From Zygnema circumcarinatum SAG 698-1b (Eukaryota; Plantae; Zygnematophyceae), in contig CM074805.1 in the NCBI GenBank assembly GCA_037447605.1, positions 963,361-1,027,360 on the forward strand: DNA of 64,000 nucleotides. The letters are read 5' to 3'. The notes below the pieces were generated by a model. The model made no database searches. It had not been told where the DNA came from and saw nothing but the letters and a program-made list of their open reading frames with translations. The position numbers were made by a program, and so were the translations under genes. Numbering within the stretch: position 1 is the first letter of the stretch; the number at the start of each line of letters is the position of its first letter. Shown here one piece after another: positions 24,567-38,300 of the stretch.

Positions 24567-27500
24567 TCCCTCGTTGCGCTGACCTGAATCCTCGCAATGT
24601 ATGGTGGACTGCCGGGACTTTCGGGGCAGAAAAGTGCGCAGTCATTGACCTGCAACACCGTCTCGCCCACTTGACATGCAGAATAGTGCAAGCGGCCATT
24701 CTCTTCCTCCTGGGGAGCCCCAACCCACTCCAAATCGAGGCCTACTGGCTGCTCACTCCCGCTGGAAGGAAGGGCCTCTACCGCAGCCCCTTCCCCTACC
24801 GCAGCCTCTCCCTCTACCGCAGCCTCTCCGTCTACCGCAGCCTCTCCCTCTACCACAGCCTCTCCCTTTACCGCAGCCTCTCCTTCTACCGTGGACTCCT
24901 CCAAACGATTATGCGTTTGGGCCCCGCCAGCACCTTCCTCCTCCGCTCTCATTCTGTCTGTCAATGCTGCTCTCTCCTGCAGTTCCACATCTGCCTTCTC
25001 TTCTTCCGGAATGTGCTCGGTCGGTCTCTGCGATTCACTTCCATCCCTTCCTTCCTGGGCTGCTCTGCCCACCACTTCAAGCCCATCTAATATCACTTCC
25101 TCTCGTGCATCCACTCTACCAACCACACTACTCCCCACATCCACTCTCTCGACTCGTTCCGTCACATTCTCTGCAGGGACTTCCACCTTTACTTCAACCG
25201 CCGGGTTTTGTTCGCCATCTCCCGACCCAACTGCTTCCCCTCTTGGTCTCCCGTCCACTCCCACCTCATTCTGCGTGGTATCCATAGTTACCGGCGCTGT
25301 GTCCTTAAGCAGAACCGCCTGTTCTACATTTTCTGTCTTTTTGAGCTCTGGGGATTTTTGCACAGCAAGCGTTGTATCACTAGACGGAACGTTCTCCCTG
25401 GGAAGTGTTTCGCTTTCCTCCCCTTCATGAGGCAAAACCTTAAGGTCGGCCACATCTGAAGTCGAGCCGGCCTCCCTAACTCCTACACTGACAGTGTGGC
25501 CCACAACTCCTTTACCTGCTTTGCCTGTATTATCCAATACTGCAGTTTGCCGCTGAAGTAAGCCGCTTTCCGAACTTGCTGAAGTCCCAGTTGTGGGCTG
25601 ACCCAATGCTTGACTGAGCAGCTGACTTGTGGCCTTACCTCTGTTCCCACCTCTAGAAGCATCGACGGCTGCCCTTGCAGAATCTTGAGCCGAAACTTGT
25701 CGTGAAGGAGTCGGCATCTGTGCTGCCACTCCCACGTTTCCTCCCAAACCCCCTCCTCCCCTCTGCATGTCAAATTTCGAAAGTCTTCCAGAAACTGCAT
25801 AGGTTGCTCCTTCGTGCCCCCCCCGGCTACCCTCTACCAAGAAGCTGCTCATCGTTGGCTGAGTCCCCTGTCCCCCTCCTCCTACCAAATGTCTGCCAGA
25901 AGCAGGAGGAAGCGGAGCTTGGGCTCCACCATAGGCTCTATGGTTAAGCTGGTCAGCTGAATAATGAGGGCCTTGTGCTGCTCTCTGCCCTCCAGAATGA
26001 GGGTTTATCTGTGATGCAAGCAAATGAGGCATTCTTGAGGGCATGCCTACTCCAACTCCGGGCACAGAGTATTGTTGCGTGTGCCCGTATGCAACTCCTG
26101 TTTGGGAAGGCGGAGGGGAGTAAAACTGCTGCCGGGGAGCCAAAGCAGGAAATTGCGACATTTGCGAGGTGACCTGTCCATGTGCGAACACCTGCTGCCC
26201 CGGTCGAGGAACTGAGAACGGAACGGAGAGCGGTCCGGTATAAGCGTTGTGGATGGCGGGAATGGACTGGGCTCCGTGGAAGTCTCCAGGAGATGTGTAC
26301 CCTCCCGGGCCAAGAGAGGCAGTAGCCACTTGCCTTGTTTTGATTGGACCGTACTTGGGTGGGCGAGCTTTTCCTCCAATCTCAGGAGGGCAGATGGGGC
26401 AATTCCAGTCGGGAGGTGGAGGGACAATGTCCTGCTTCTGGGGAGGGGTTAAGCAGCGGAGGTGGTATCCCTTTTCGCAGCTGTCACACACAAGGAGTTG
26501 AGCTGCCTCCCGTTCCATGTGCCCGCAGACCTCACACTTGACCGGGTACTCGAGTTGAAAGGGCATCAGAGGGGTCAGCCCCTTCACGCCCTTCTGCAGC
26601 AGTCAATTGAGGGAGGGAGGAGGGAGGGAGGGAGGGAGGGAGGGAGAGGCCTAAGCCCTGTTAGATCTAAGCCCACAGGCAAATAGCTCGTCAAAACGAA
26701 GTTGAAAGTGGGCACACAGAAATGACGCCACTCTCCGTCGTGGGATTGGTTAGGTTCTGACCTGAACGAGAAACATTCCGCCATAGGGTGCTTGCTGATT
26801 CTTGATGAGCTGATTCAAAAACTGCTGCTTCATATACTCCGTCTTCGCTTTCTGTGGAGGCAGGTGCAGTCTGACTACGACTTGTGCAGGCGTGAGAACT
26901 GCCAGACCTGGGCTTGTCTGCAGAGCATCCACTCACAAACGTCGAAACGTCAGTCCTTGAAGTGATGGGCCCAGTTGAACAAATGCACAACTTGTCCACT
27001 ACTTTCTTCTTCGCAGCGCAAGAGCATGAAGCAGCTCGGTGCGGAGTTCGAGATGCGCAAACTAAGCTCCTTGCATTCCGTCACTGAAAAGGTTTCAGAG
27101 TCTAAGAGGAATATGTGAAAGGGGAAGTGATTAGTCACGAAGCGGCTGTATCCGGGGTGCTCATTAAACTAGAATACTGGCTCTGGTATTTAGCAGCCTT
27201 CTACCAATCCACTCGGTAGGATTATTTTCTCTGTTCCTACAAATGAAACAACTCCTCGTTATCTGTACAACCACTTAAACCCTTACGCATATTCGAGAGA
27301 CGAGCAATGAGCTTTACCATTTGCTGCCGTGCATCTTGAACCTGCTCTTGAGTCCACGGGCTGGTCACTGCTATGGGCGGTCTTCCCCTTGACTTTCCAG
27401 CGATTAGTTTAGAAGATCCTGCGAATAAGATACAATTGAATGATTCCACCTGCAAAGCATTAGCATGAGTCCGATGGCCTCTTAATCCTTCAAGAGCAAA

Positions 27501-28940
27501 CCTCGCACAACAGTTGTGATATCTAAGACTTCCAATTAAGTAGGACCTGCCAAACACTGACTTTCATCCAGGAAAACGAAGAAGAACGGGAAAATAGCTG
27601 ACTTAGTAGACAAGAAACCAAATAGTGATAGTGCCAAGCTGAAGAAATATGCAACAGACACAAACACGCGTCCACTTTACATCAAACAAGCATTCGTACA
27701 GCCCGAAAGGTAGCCCTAATACCAGAAACACCGCCCGCGCGAAAAGATGATCCTCCTGCAAGAATGGCGAAGGACTCCCTGACGTCTTTCTCTGTGAGTC
27801 CCTCGGGTTCCAATTCAGAAGAGGAGGAGGGCTCGTCAGCTGCCTCTGATGTTGGTTCATCCGCTTCTGGAGGTGAATATGGAGGCTGGTATACAGTGGG
27901 CACCTGTGAGAATGCACCATCTTTAAGTCAGTCTTCGGGCCAATGGGGGTGCAAATGAAATGTACGAATCCAAGTGTTCAATCGATTGACACGTAATGCA
28001 CAGCTTGAAGCTTGAATATTGTTGGTTAACCAAGCATCCTTTAGGCTTGTTCTGGCTGTATGATCCGATTTGCAAAACTGGAGAGTAGAAGTCGAATGAG
28101 CCAAAGACCAAATCGACACCATAGCTTGGTATTTATATGTGGAGTGCATGAAAGATGACTTTTCAGTCTGAAGGCATTGAATTTACTAGTAACTGCTTCA
28201 GTCACTTCCTCGCAAGGAAACATACAACGAGGCTGCTCCACAATAAGACATGGTTGAGCGAACCCGTGGAACAAATGAAGGATGCTAATTTTTTCTCAAG
28301 TTTCCATAATTGCTCCAGCTCATATTCAGCTTCTGTCCAGTATTATTTCTTAATGAATGTGCTCCTTGCAATTTAAAATGTTAAAAGGATATGCTGTCAC
28401 AGATATAAAAAATTATTAGAAACTTAAAGGATAATGAATTGAACTGCTCGAACTCAAATTACAGCAGACCAGTGAACGCTCCCCGATTTTCATTTCAAAC
28501 TCAAGCAAACGGTTTGTTTGTTTCATTTCAACTCCAAGATAGAAAAAATGTCGCTGGCGCACCTCCATCTGCACCTTCTTCCTTGGCCTCTCCTTCAGGC
28601 CCATGTCTTCCGCCAGCTTCCTTGCGGTCTTCTTTCCAATCAGGCGCTTTGGCGCCACCTTTCCAGCGAGCCCTGCCAGCATTGCGTACGCCTGCGACGC
28701 CAACCTGCTCTCTGTCTCCGTCGGAGGTTGGCCTCCTTGGAGCCGCCTCATACCAGCCAGCACAAGTATGGTCTCTGCTAACCGAGAAGTCACAGCTACT
28801 TGGTCCTTTAGCATGCTGGAGAGAGCATGATCCAAATGGGATGCATTCCTCTCCTTGGAGGATTTTAGGGTTTCCTCGCCCTGTACCGCACCTTCCTCCC
28901 GCTTACCCACGTCCTCCGTCCCCGCAGCTTCTGGCTCCAT
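23383..28940 (-). CDS. PHD-finger + C-terminal BAH-domain chromatin protein (At3g20280/At1g50620-like family)
   Basis: N-terminal AETILVLAGMRRLQGGQPPTETE motif. PHD CEVC...LLVCDSCEKGYHLRCL...WNCPIC. BAH VNDCALFCPESPGSPPYIARIQ/ALWEE...VSWCFYRSDLP...EDE/VYESNHCDDNPVGAIWGPCLVL...YLCR/YFYD. Confidence 0.85.
24775..24892 (-). repeat. 18-bp coding tandem repeat (AAVEGE)x~6 in the PHD-BAH linker
   Basis: taccgcagcctctccctc repeated. Confidence 0.85.
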
Positions 28941-29937
28941 GGCTCCTCTTACCTCTAATCACAGCTTCCTCCTGCTACATAGCGGAGAGCTCTTGCACAC
29001 GAAGGCTTCCCCCGCGAGAGCAGGCAACCAAAGGAAAGCGAGGGAATTTGAGCATAGAAAGCTCGAAACGGACGTTGTCTGACTATGGAGTCGTACATGT
29101 GTCAACAGTACTGTGGCCTGGCTATGCGACTAATTTTGAACTGTGGCAAGTTCATAGAAGATCATAGAGGAGCGTGAATAATACCCGTTCTGTTATTGTA
29201 GAACGCTGTGTGCAACGTGAATCACGTGTCGGACATAAAGTACAGTGTGGTCATACAGTACTGTCCTGTACTGTACAGTACAGTATGGCACATTGGGCTG
29301 TACGGACACTTGTGACAATTTGCATTACTGTGTCGTTCTGTGTCGGCAATAGCAACGATGTTCTACAGCGCGTGAGACAATCGCATAGAAGCGTATGAAG
29401 TACATGGAGGGCATATGTCTCGATATCACAAATCCAAAGATCACAGACTTTTCCGGAGAAGGAACTACCATAAGCAGAAAGAACATATTTTGCAATTACT
29501 TTGAGACAGCGACATGTCCCACGCTGTCCTCCAACGTTGCCATTTCTTCGAGTGATTTTGCAGTTCGAGGATGTTTCGCATGGGAGAACGATGGCTTCAA
29601 ATATACAAGGCAAACCCTCGGGCTGCGGGACAGCCCAGAAGTAGGAAGATGTGGTACCCCCATAAATTACGCAAAACTTCAATGTATGCCTAACCTTAAA
29701 TAATCCAGGAGAGAGGAAAAATGCCACTCGGGGGGGCCGCAAAATACCGGGTGGTCGACCAAAAGCTGAAAGACAACTACCGAAAAGCCGTCCCGCTCGC
29801 CAGCTGAGGGGTCTACTATGCCAATTTTCATCTGCAAAAATGTGAATTGAAATCCGCAAACAACAACAGTGCATAGCTCCTCTACGCTCTGAGAAGGTCG
29901 ACTATTTGAAGGAGTCCGTGCAGCAACTCCGAGAGGA

Positions 29938-32900
29938 TCAGAACCTCAACTTCGGTCGCGGGCGCACATATGTGTAAGCTTCATAGTTGATAGTGGCTCC
30001 AAATTGGGCAACTTTTGAGAAGGTGGTGATCAAGTCCACCTGAGCGCAGGCCATTTGCAAAAATATTTGGGAACCATAAGACGGAACTTCGAACAAGAGA
30101 GAGAGATAAAGAGCTGGAGATGACATGTGTGGTTGGATAAATAGCTTCCACACACGTTCATGATCAAGGAAATTAAGGGAAGGCTCTTATATCTCTCGAA
30201 CAGACCACACGACCAGTAATAGAAGGCGGTGATTCCTGGTACATGCAATGAGGGAGCATGTGAACCCAGAAATAGCTTACCTGGTAATCCGTCTGTGAGA
30301 CAGAATCTTTGCTCTTGTTGTACTTAACCACAAAAGGGGCCGCATCCTTGTCAGCCACCAACTTCTCTTCAATTGCAGCTTGATCGGGCCCAAGAAAAGG
30401 AGCGAGAACAGTGAGCTGTTCAGCAGGCACCAAAACAAAGAAGAAGTGAATGGAAGCAGAAAAGAAACCGCAAGGGTGGAGCAAGATGAACACTTTGATG
30501 GGGAAGGGTTGCAAAAGACGAAGAGTTCACCTGACGAGGTTTCAACCCATACTGGGCAAACTTTTCTTTCCACTCATCCACAGATGTAGAAGACCAGTCA
30601 GGGACTCTTCCTGCAGGGTCTGCCTCCGTGGCATCCGCCCGGCCAAGTTGTTTGTCGAAGAATCCCCACTGGTGTAAAGAGGGAATACCACAGAATCAGC
30701 TAATTCAGTAGTCACAATTTTCAGCTCGAATTCTTTTCCCAAGTTCTCCCAGGGCCTTAGGTTATTAAAGCTTTTTGCGTATGGCATGTGGAGGTAAGCA
30801 GGCACCTCACCTTCTACACATGGCATTATTCAAGGGAAGGGGAACGATATCAGTGGGTTGTGTAAAACAACACGGTGAGGAGAGAAAATGACAGTAATTA
30901 GACCCGAGCAAGCAATAGCGCTTGAAAGTTGAGGAGATTTGGTTCTATCACCAAGGACGTTAAAGAAGTTGCACCTGCGAGGAAGAACCAAAGACCGCGG
31001 CGAGCTGTCGGCCCTTCTTTTCATCTCCACCGGCAGTTTGAATAGCGGATTCCAGGAAAGAGCGCTTCACAGCCGCCTGAGCTGCATTTCACAACAGGAT
31101 ACAAATTATCTGTCTGCAAACAGTTTGCAGTTGGAGGAGAGGAATCGTTTCCCTTTCTTGGGAAAAATCACCAATTACAATAGGGGTCCAGCCTTCTTTC
31201 TAGGGACCATGTAACCAAATTCCAAAGATCCAAAAGCAGTCCAAACAATCACTACTGCGGAAACTGGATTGCACGATGTCTGACGGGTTCTGCGTTGAGT
31301 TACTCGACAACTTCTACACCACTGGTAGTAGTGTGTGATGTAAGTGGATGGACGATGGATTATGGTCTTGCTGGCAACTTCCATAAGGAGGTGTAAACGC
31401 CAAAAAAAAGAAAAGATAGAGGATATTGGCTCATTCTCTGGACAGCTCGTGCATCGCACACGAACGTGAATGTTTTACCTCACCTCCGAACTGGATGATA
31501 TCCGCCCATGAGATTGGCCCTCCCTTGGTCTCAGCATCAATTTCTTCCTTCACGCTCCCAAGCAATTCCAAAGCCTTTTCAAGGCCATTGTTCTCTGGCC
31601 GTTTCAGCTCCTCACTGACATATTAAGTCCAGCTCCCCACCAAAAACAAATCCGCGGAGAAAATCATTAGATAAACACCAAAGATGGTTTAAGTAGATAT
31701 CATTTACAGACTTCAAGGACAAAATACAAGCTGCGCTTCTTCAGCGAACACAATAACTCAATAAAAAACCACATAAATGCCGAGGAAGCTCATAATACAT
31801 TCAGTCAGTGGTTGTCGACAGAAAGTTCAGGAGCATCCAAATAGCCATGGGCCAAGGGGTTAAGGTACTCTATTCACTTTAGAGCTTTGAAAAAAAAGCT
31901 CGGCTACAGTTAGCTACCTGAAGCGGATGGAGCCATTAGTACCTCCCGTCTTTGTCGCCTGCCATCACAAAAGTGCTCGGCAGTCAATTGCAGATTTTTC
32001 AAACCACACCAGGGAAGAGATACACATTAAATGAGTATTGGCAGCTGGCAAACAAATGTTTTTGTGAAGATTCTGGAACCTCACTTTGTCATACGTCAAA
32101 GCATCATTGAGGGCAAGTCGCAGCAGACTTGGCACCAGCTCACTGTTTGCCTGATTCCAGAAAAACCGCAGGGAAGCCAAGTTACACCTCTAAGAAAGGG
32201 AAACGGACAGCATGCAAAGCTGCACTTGGACTGTCAGTTAACCGAATTGCAAGACGAAATGTATTAAAAAAATTAAGGAGTTCGGACTCATACATTAACA
32301 GCGGTCCTGAGCTTGCTTTGAACAATTGCTGTTCCAGAAACCCAAAAAGCGATAGTAAATCTCTAAGTCGGTCTTCAAGAGTTCCTCATCGAGCTGGTTG
32401 CTGGTGAAACCATCTACCACGCTTCAACTGATATGCATAATATCCATCATGTTATCCTGAAAAACAACTTGCCTGCTTTGCTCTTTGCTCATTGCTCAAA
32501 CCTGAGAGCGCACAGCTGTGCAGTAGTGACAATTGATAGAAAATAAAAAATCAACTAAAGCATAACTTCAAGTTAAAGTTCAAGATAGTAAGCGTGGGAC
32601 TCACTCAAAAATTCGCCCCTTTGAATTCTTTCAACGAGATCTGCGGCATTAGCATCGTTTGCCAAAGGCACGTTGCAGAGTACACCCTGCAAATATAGAA
32701 AAGGCAGCAAGTTCCCTCTCAAATAGGAGTCACGTATCGGCCAGAAAGAGCAGATGAACTTAGGCAAGCATTCCAAGGCACCGTCATAGACACAACAGAT
32801 GATTTGAACAAAGTAAACCGGTAATAAAGCACCTCGGCTGACAAAGAAAGAATTTCCTAGAATCATGCGAGCTTGGTTTACTTTCTTCAAGGAAGAAGGA

Positions 32901-34144
32901 AGTTCAGATTCCACAAATCCTTGTCAATCTCCCTGAATAAACTACTTCAAATTGCTGCATTGCAAAAACTGCGAGAAAAAGTAGCACGCTTGATGATAGC
33001 AAGGCTTGCACTTTGGCAAGATGACAACTGCCATCTGGTATCACAGAGCAACTCACAAGTGGAGGACAGATCATCTACCAACTTGACCAACAAGTCAACC
33101 GCCCCCCAGCTGACTCGTTTATCCAGAATAACATGCAAAAAAAAAAACAACTAGCTAACGTTGCAGTCTTACGTGGCGCGGGTGAAAAACGTCAACGGCG
33201 TACATTACAATCATATTCGCAATATTCTCCTCAAGTTTGATTATTTTCAGTTTTTAGCTACATTGTCGAGCATTTCACACAATTTGGATACGTACAAACG
33301 TGCTGGCGGCTGTCAAAGACACGATTGTTTGCCTTCGGGTACTGTTGACTGTTTGATCATCGTTGCCGTTTGCATACGAATCACTTTGACATTGAATGAT
33401 TCTCTGCAACTTACAAGTAAGCATGAAATATTTGTTTAGCCATTCCATGATACAGGACCTAGACGAGGAAGATTTTTGAAATAATAAGTGGACTTCGGAC
33501 TTCTAGAAACCACTCAAGCAAACTGTTTAGACTCTCTAATCAAGAAGTGGAAGGTTCTCCGCCTTTCATTCACTTGGTGTTGATAGATTGAGACAAAGGA
33601 GGCACAAGACAAGTGTCGGAGGGCGAATATATACAGAATAAATAAAGCGAATTAAAAAAGGTTAGCTCAAGCGTAATGCAATCGCCGAACGTGCTTTTTG
33701 TTTTAAACAAAACAATGAGACGGAATTTTTCAAGTGCAGAGGCACTGATTCTGAATTTATTTCTGATTAGAAAAGTTGTCTCAGAAGTACAAAAACAATT
33801 TTCAGGCCTTTCCTCTTCTAAAATTTGTCTTTAGGACACAACAGGACAGGAATGCAGGCGTCACTCCCAGAATATCCGCATATTATATGCAAGATTGCGC
33901 AAAATCATTCAATTCAAAGGAAAAAAAAAAAGCTCTGAGAAGTAAGAAACGTCTCCACCATACAATGTGATAATCTCTATCATATATAAGCACATCAAGC
34001 CCTTACTCCAAGCCTGCATACCCGGGATCGATTGAGGCTGGGGTTGCAAGATGGCTGAGAAAAGGAAGCAGGCTGTTTGCTGTGAGCCGACACAGCTGCC
34101 GAGATCCTCAAGCCCGCAAAGGAAGAAGCAATGCTCGCAGCCAT
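29938..34144 (-). CDS. TL29: Thylakoid lumen 29 kDa protein (APX-like, APX4)
   Basis: Transit peptide, Tat exon ~33305-33405 (STRRQTIVSL), ANA|ADLVERIQRGEFL, LVPSLLRLALNDALTYDK/ATKTGGTNGSIRF/SEELKRPENNGL...GGPISWADIIQ, FLGPDQAAIEEKL, INYEAYTY. Confidence 0.92.
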
Positions 34145-34610
34145 GGCGCCTCCGGGCCCGTCCCGGTCCCAGTCCTGCGCGTTGCTTGCAACACTCTCTC
34201 TCCTCTTGAAGCGCAGCTGCAACGCTCGTCGCAGGCTGCCTGGCTCCAAGCAAAACTGCGCGGCGATCCGCGCGGTCCAAAATGGAAGCGCGCGGAGAAT
34301 CGCGCGGGGCGGCCGTGGTGCGGGCGACGAACGAATAACCGCGCGACTGCAGGGCAGGAGCCGCAGCAGTGAACTGCGTGGTAAACCGCGCGGCTCCCAG
34401 CTGGATCTGGCTGGAGGGGTGATCTTGCGAGGCCGCACGCCATTGGAGGGCTGCGAATCTGCAGGCGCTGACGTAGCATCCGCCACGTCAGCGTTGCAAT
34501 TGTGCAACGACATGAACAATAGCAATGTTGTCTAGAGAAGGAAAGGGCTTGTTGCACAGAAGGATGGTAAGGTACCATGTTGTGCTCACTAGGAGTTTGT
34601 GAATTTGGTA

Positions 34611-34684
34611 GCGAGCACCATGAGGACTATGTCATACAGTTTTGCTCCTGCGAGCACCATGAGGACTATGTCATACAGTTTTGT
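34611..34684 (+). repeat. Direct tandem duplication (39-bp period)
   Basis: gcgagcaccatgaggactatgtcatacagttttg occurs twice. Confidence 0.9.
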
Positions 34685-35115
34685 TCCTGAGAAGGCGAAC
34701 ATATTGGAAAGGAGTATAAGCAGGACGAACATCTTGTTGGTTCGACATTTTGACTTTGTCCGTGTGCCATTGGCTATTCTCCGTCAGCACCCCACACATT
34801 GCCGCCTTCACGGCTTCAGAATCGAGAACCACATTGCTTTTGTTACACCAATGAAAGCTTGCTTTGTTTGAGCTAGCATCCACATCACATCAGGAAAAGT
34901 GTGGCCGACCATCAACTTATTGCATTCCTACAATTGGTAGTAGAGTAAAGCTGCGTTTCCATGGTTCAACTTCATCCATTTAGTTGAATGAAGAAGTTGG
35001 AAACCGCGGCGGAGAGTTCGCAAACCTCCAAAACGACGTGTTTTCATTCAACTGTTGAACGATTTTGAACCGATGAAAACCGTTCGCACGTGTTGTGCTG
35101 AACTCATCCCATTTC

Positions 35116-35220
35116 TTTTGTGCTTAGGTCCTTTGCGACCAGTTCCTCGTGGTTCCCCATGCTGATTTTGTCCATGCACATTTGATGGCCTCGCCATCGT
35201 GAGACCAATGCAACTTCCTT
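35116..35220 (-). mobile_element. Second copy of the same short dispersed element
   Basis: ttttgtgcttaggtcctttgcgaccagttcctcgtg...catgctgattttgtccatg...cgccatcgtgaga is nearly identical to 53483-53592. Confidence 0.75.
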
Positions 35221-35324
35221 TTCAGCCGATCGGTATATTTCCTTATATATACAATTCTCCTAACAGCGACTATCTCCCAGCTATCCAGCAGCTAAACGTA
35301 TAGTCTTATTCAACGTAATGGTCA

Positions 35325-38300
35325 TCACCGTGGAAAAAAGTACTGCGGCTCATCAAGCGCGAATTCCCCAGAAGGCATAAAAGTTTCCGCAGGCGAACTT
35401 CTTTCTGTTCTCCTACCATGACCAGGCAATGGGTTTGGACTTGTGGGCCCTTCACCGTCTGTGCTGTGGTTGGAACCAACAACAGGGCTGGGTGTGCTCA
35501 TAAAACGCACTTGAGCCTGACTGGGATCACTTCCCCCCAATGGCTCCTGTCCAACATTAGAACCGCTGCCACCTTTCAATTGAGTTCTCGATTCTAAAAT
35601 ATCTTCCGGAACCATGTCCTTTCCTATACTTGTTCCATTACTCTCCCGAAAACTTCCTGCCTCTTGAGCGGCAACAATATCATCAAAAAAGGCAGCATCC
35701 TCCTGGGACGGAGTCTCGGATTCTGACATAGTCTGTGCAGGTGCCTGACCCCTTAGTAGGTTCTCTCCGGGAGCAATGTGCCAATCAAAAGGCAGTCCTG
35801 CAGGCGTGGCTCGAAAGGAGTTTGTTGTACTTGTAGCTGAGACGTTGTACTTATTGGTAAGATAGCTCCCCCAGGAGCACTGTGTCCATAGCCTGTGAAT
35901 CGCAAGAGATAATGTCACCATCGGGCATAACACGTGGCAAAAGGACAGTCGAGTGCATGCGATGCGTGAATATTACAAAGGTGAAATTCACTCACCATAT
36001 GGTGATTGAGACAATGCAAATGGCCGTAAACGATCCTGCTATTTGCGGCGAGTAATAGAACTTAATCCACCTGCTCAGCCCTCGTCCAAAGACAGTCAGC
36101 CTGAAACAGATCTTTGGCTGCTCTCCGTATCCAACCCCCTTCCTCCAAACTTTCTGCTTGTATCCATCCTCATCCCATGATTCTTGAAGTACAAACAGAA
36201 AATGGACGCTACTTGGTTCCGCTCCCTCCAAACAAGGCAACGATTAGTTATCCCAAAAGGATAGGCAGTTAAAACTGAAGTTTGGCAGAACTCCTCACCC
36301 TATAGGGATGAGCTCAAGCAGAAACGAGAACACTCCTGCGCCCTCCACAGAGCCATTCTGCAGCCCCGTGTGAAGGCCATGCAGTGGCCTTTTGCACGAA
36401 GACAATGGGATCCATGTGACAATGGAAGATTGCCCCAGTCAAGGAGCCCACCTGAAGCCTGTTCTATGTTGGATAAACGTGGACAAGTATAATAGTATGT
36501 CCACTAAGAATGGCCACGGCCTTGAGTTCAGTCACATAAATCATTCCTCTGGAGACTCTTAAACCAAGCGGCTCTCCACACATTGCGTCTTCAGGCAAGC
36601 AACATGCTCCAACTCTCATGTTTGTAAGCAAAGCCGACAGGACTCACCCCATGTGAACAGGTTGAAAGCGAGCCTCCAGTCTGCTTCACACCTGTATGTG
36701 CACACAAGCGAGAATGTGAACAGCGACCAAATTTGTACTCGCATTTCACGCAGCAAACAGCCGCCCGTGCCCTTAATGAGAGTTACAGACGTACGATTCT
36801 AATTTTCGCATCTGTCGGACCTTCGTGAAGCTGCACCTTTATTCAGGAACCAACTGAGGGAGACTGAGGGCTAATGAATATGGCCTGCACAGATTCAGAA
36901 CTGAAGGGCCACTTCTCTCACCTGTAATCCCAGAAGGCTTCAAATGTCCTCCGAGGTGCAGGGGGCTTCAGCCCTATCTGGTAAGTTTCAATGAAAGCTT
37001 TGCAACGGAACATGAATTCCTCCTCTGCCTCCTCATCCACATAACTCTTCCCGTTCTTCAGGACGGAGCCGAGGATCAAAGTACAGAGTACCATCGCGAT
37101 CGTGTGCAGGCATATCTGCCAAGCCTCCATGAAAGCACAAATTGCTTAGACGAGGCAGGCTCTGAAAGGAGACAAAAAACGAAGTGAAGAAATACCGCGA
37201 TTGGGGAATGGGGAGGCAAGAGGAAGTGAAAGTGCGAAGAAGGAGAGATTGGGGGGAGAGAGACATAGGGGGAAAGTATTTTCAAGCTACTTACAGAGAT
37301 AGCTGTGAGGACTCCAAAGCATGCCACAATCCACTGCACTGTGCGCCCCTCCCCCCCCCCCCCCCGCCATCCATTGCCTTAACCTGAGTGAGTGGACCGG
37401 TCCTTAAAGTCAGTTAGACCAACCTATAAGCTGTCCCTCAATAGCAGTGCCTTCAGAACATTCCATACTTACAATAGATTCGTTGTAAGTATGAGAGAAA
37501 AACAGGAGCAGAAGAGCAGCCGAAGTGCAGTGGCTTCTGGACAAGGAAACAAAGAGCAAGCAGACCATCGAAGGGAAAATTCACACCGTTGGGTTCTTGG
37601 TGTAATCGAAGCCAAACTGGGTGAGGGTCACAACTGCAAAGCCTGCAAACAAAGCCGATAAATTTGATATGGCCTTCAACTGCTCACTCTTTTCCTCCAC
37701 ATTGCGACGATTCTTTTCCACGAACCTGCAAACATCAGACGTCCCTCAGCCATCTTGAGGCCTCCAAAGAAGGAGAAAGAAGAAGGGTACGGATAACCTC
37801 AGCTGACTGATCGTATAGGGTTGAAGCACAAAGGGCCAAACCATCCTTCTAATGACCAAGCAGTAATTGTCACTAATCACTCTTCTATAGGCCTGCTTCA
37901 AAATTCACAAAAGTATTGGAACGTTTTTGGCTAACAACAAGGTCACCAAAAAGTATCCCAGCACAAAACTCATTTGGCTGCACATTTCTTCAGAAATTTT
38001 AGCCTTTAAGGACCTAAACAACTTTGCCCTTCAAGGAACTACATGTTCAATATTGAAGATGTTTGCTGAAACATGAAGGTAAAAATGTAACCATCGAGAG
38101 TGCTGTTTCCCATGACTTTGCTCAAGCTTTCCACGATGAGCACACCTTAATAGTTTGCCTCAGGAAAACATCGTCAGCCCAGCAAGCATCGAACCAAATT
38201 CATGGAACCCTTTGCTGAATTTGGGGAATCTGCCACAACATCTCGAATGTGTGAGCAGATTTGCAAAGCTGTTGTTTGTAGTGGTGTGGAATCTAAACTT

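Noticed and set aside
29251-29874. 207-aa ORF between PHD-BAH and TL29
   Set aside because: No recognisable motif or splice support; it lies in the TL29 3' region and PHD-BAH upstream region.
29938-34144. Ascorbate peroxidase with missing catalytic residues as a pseudogene
   Set aside because: Normal for TL29/APX4.
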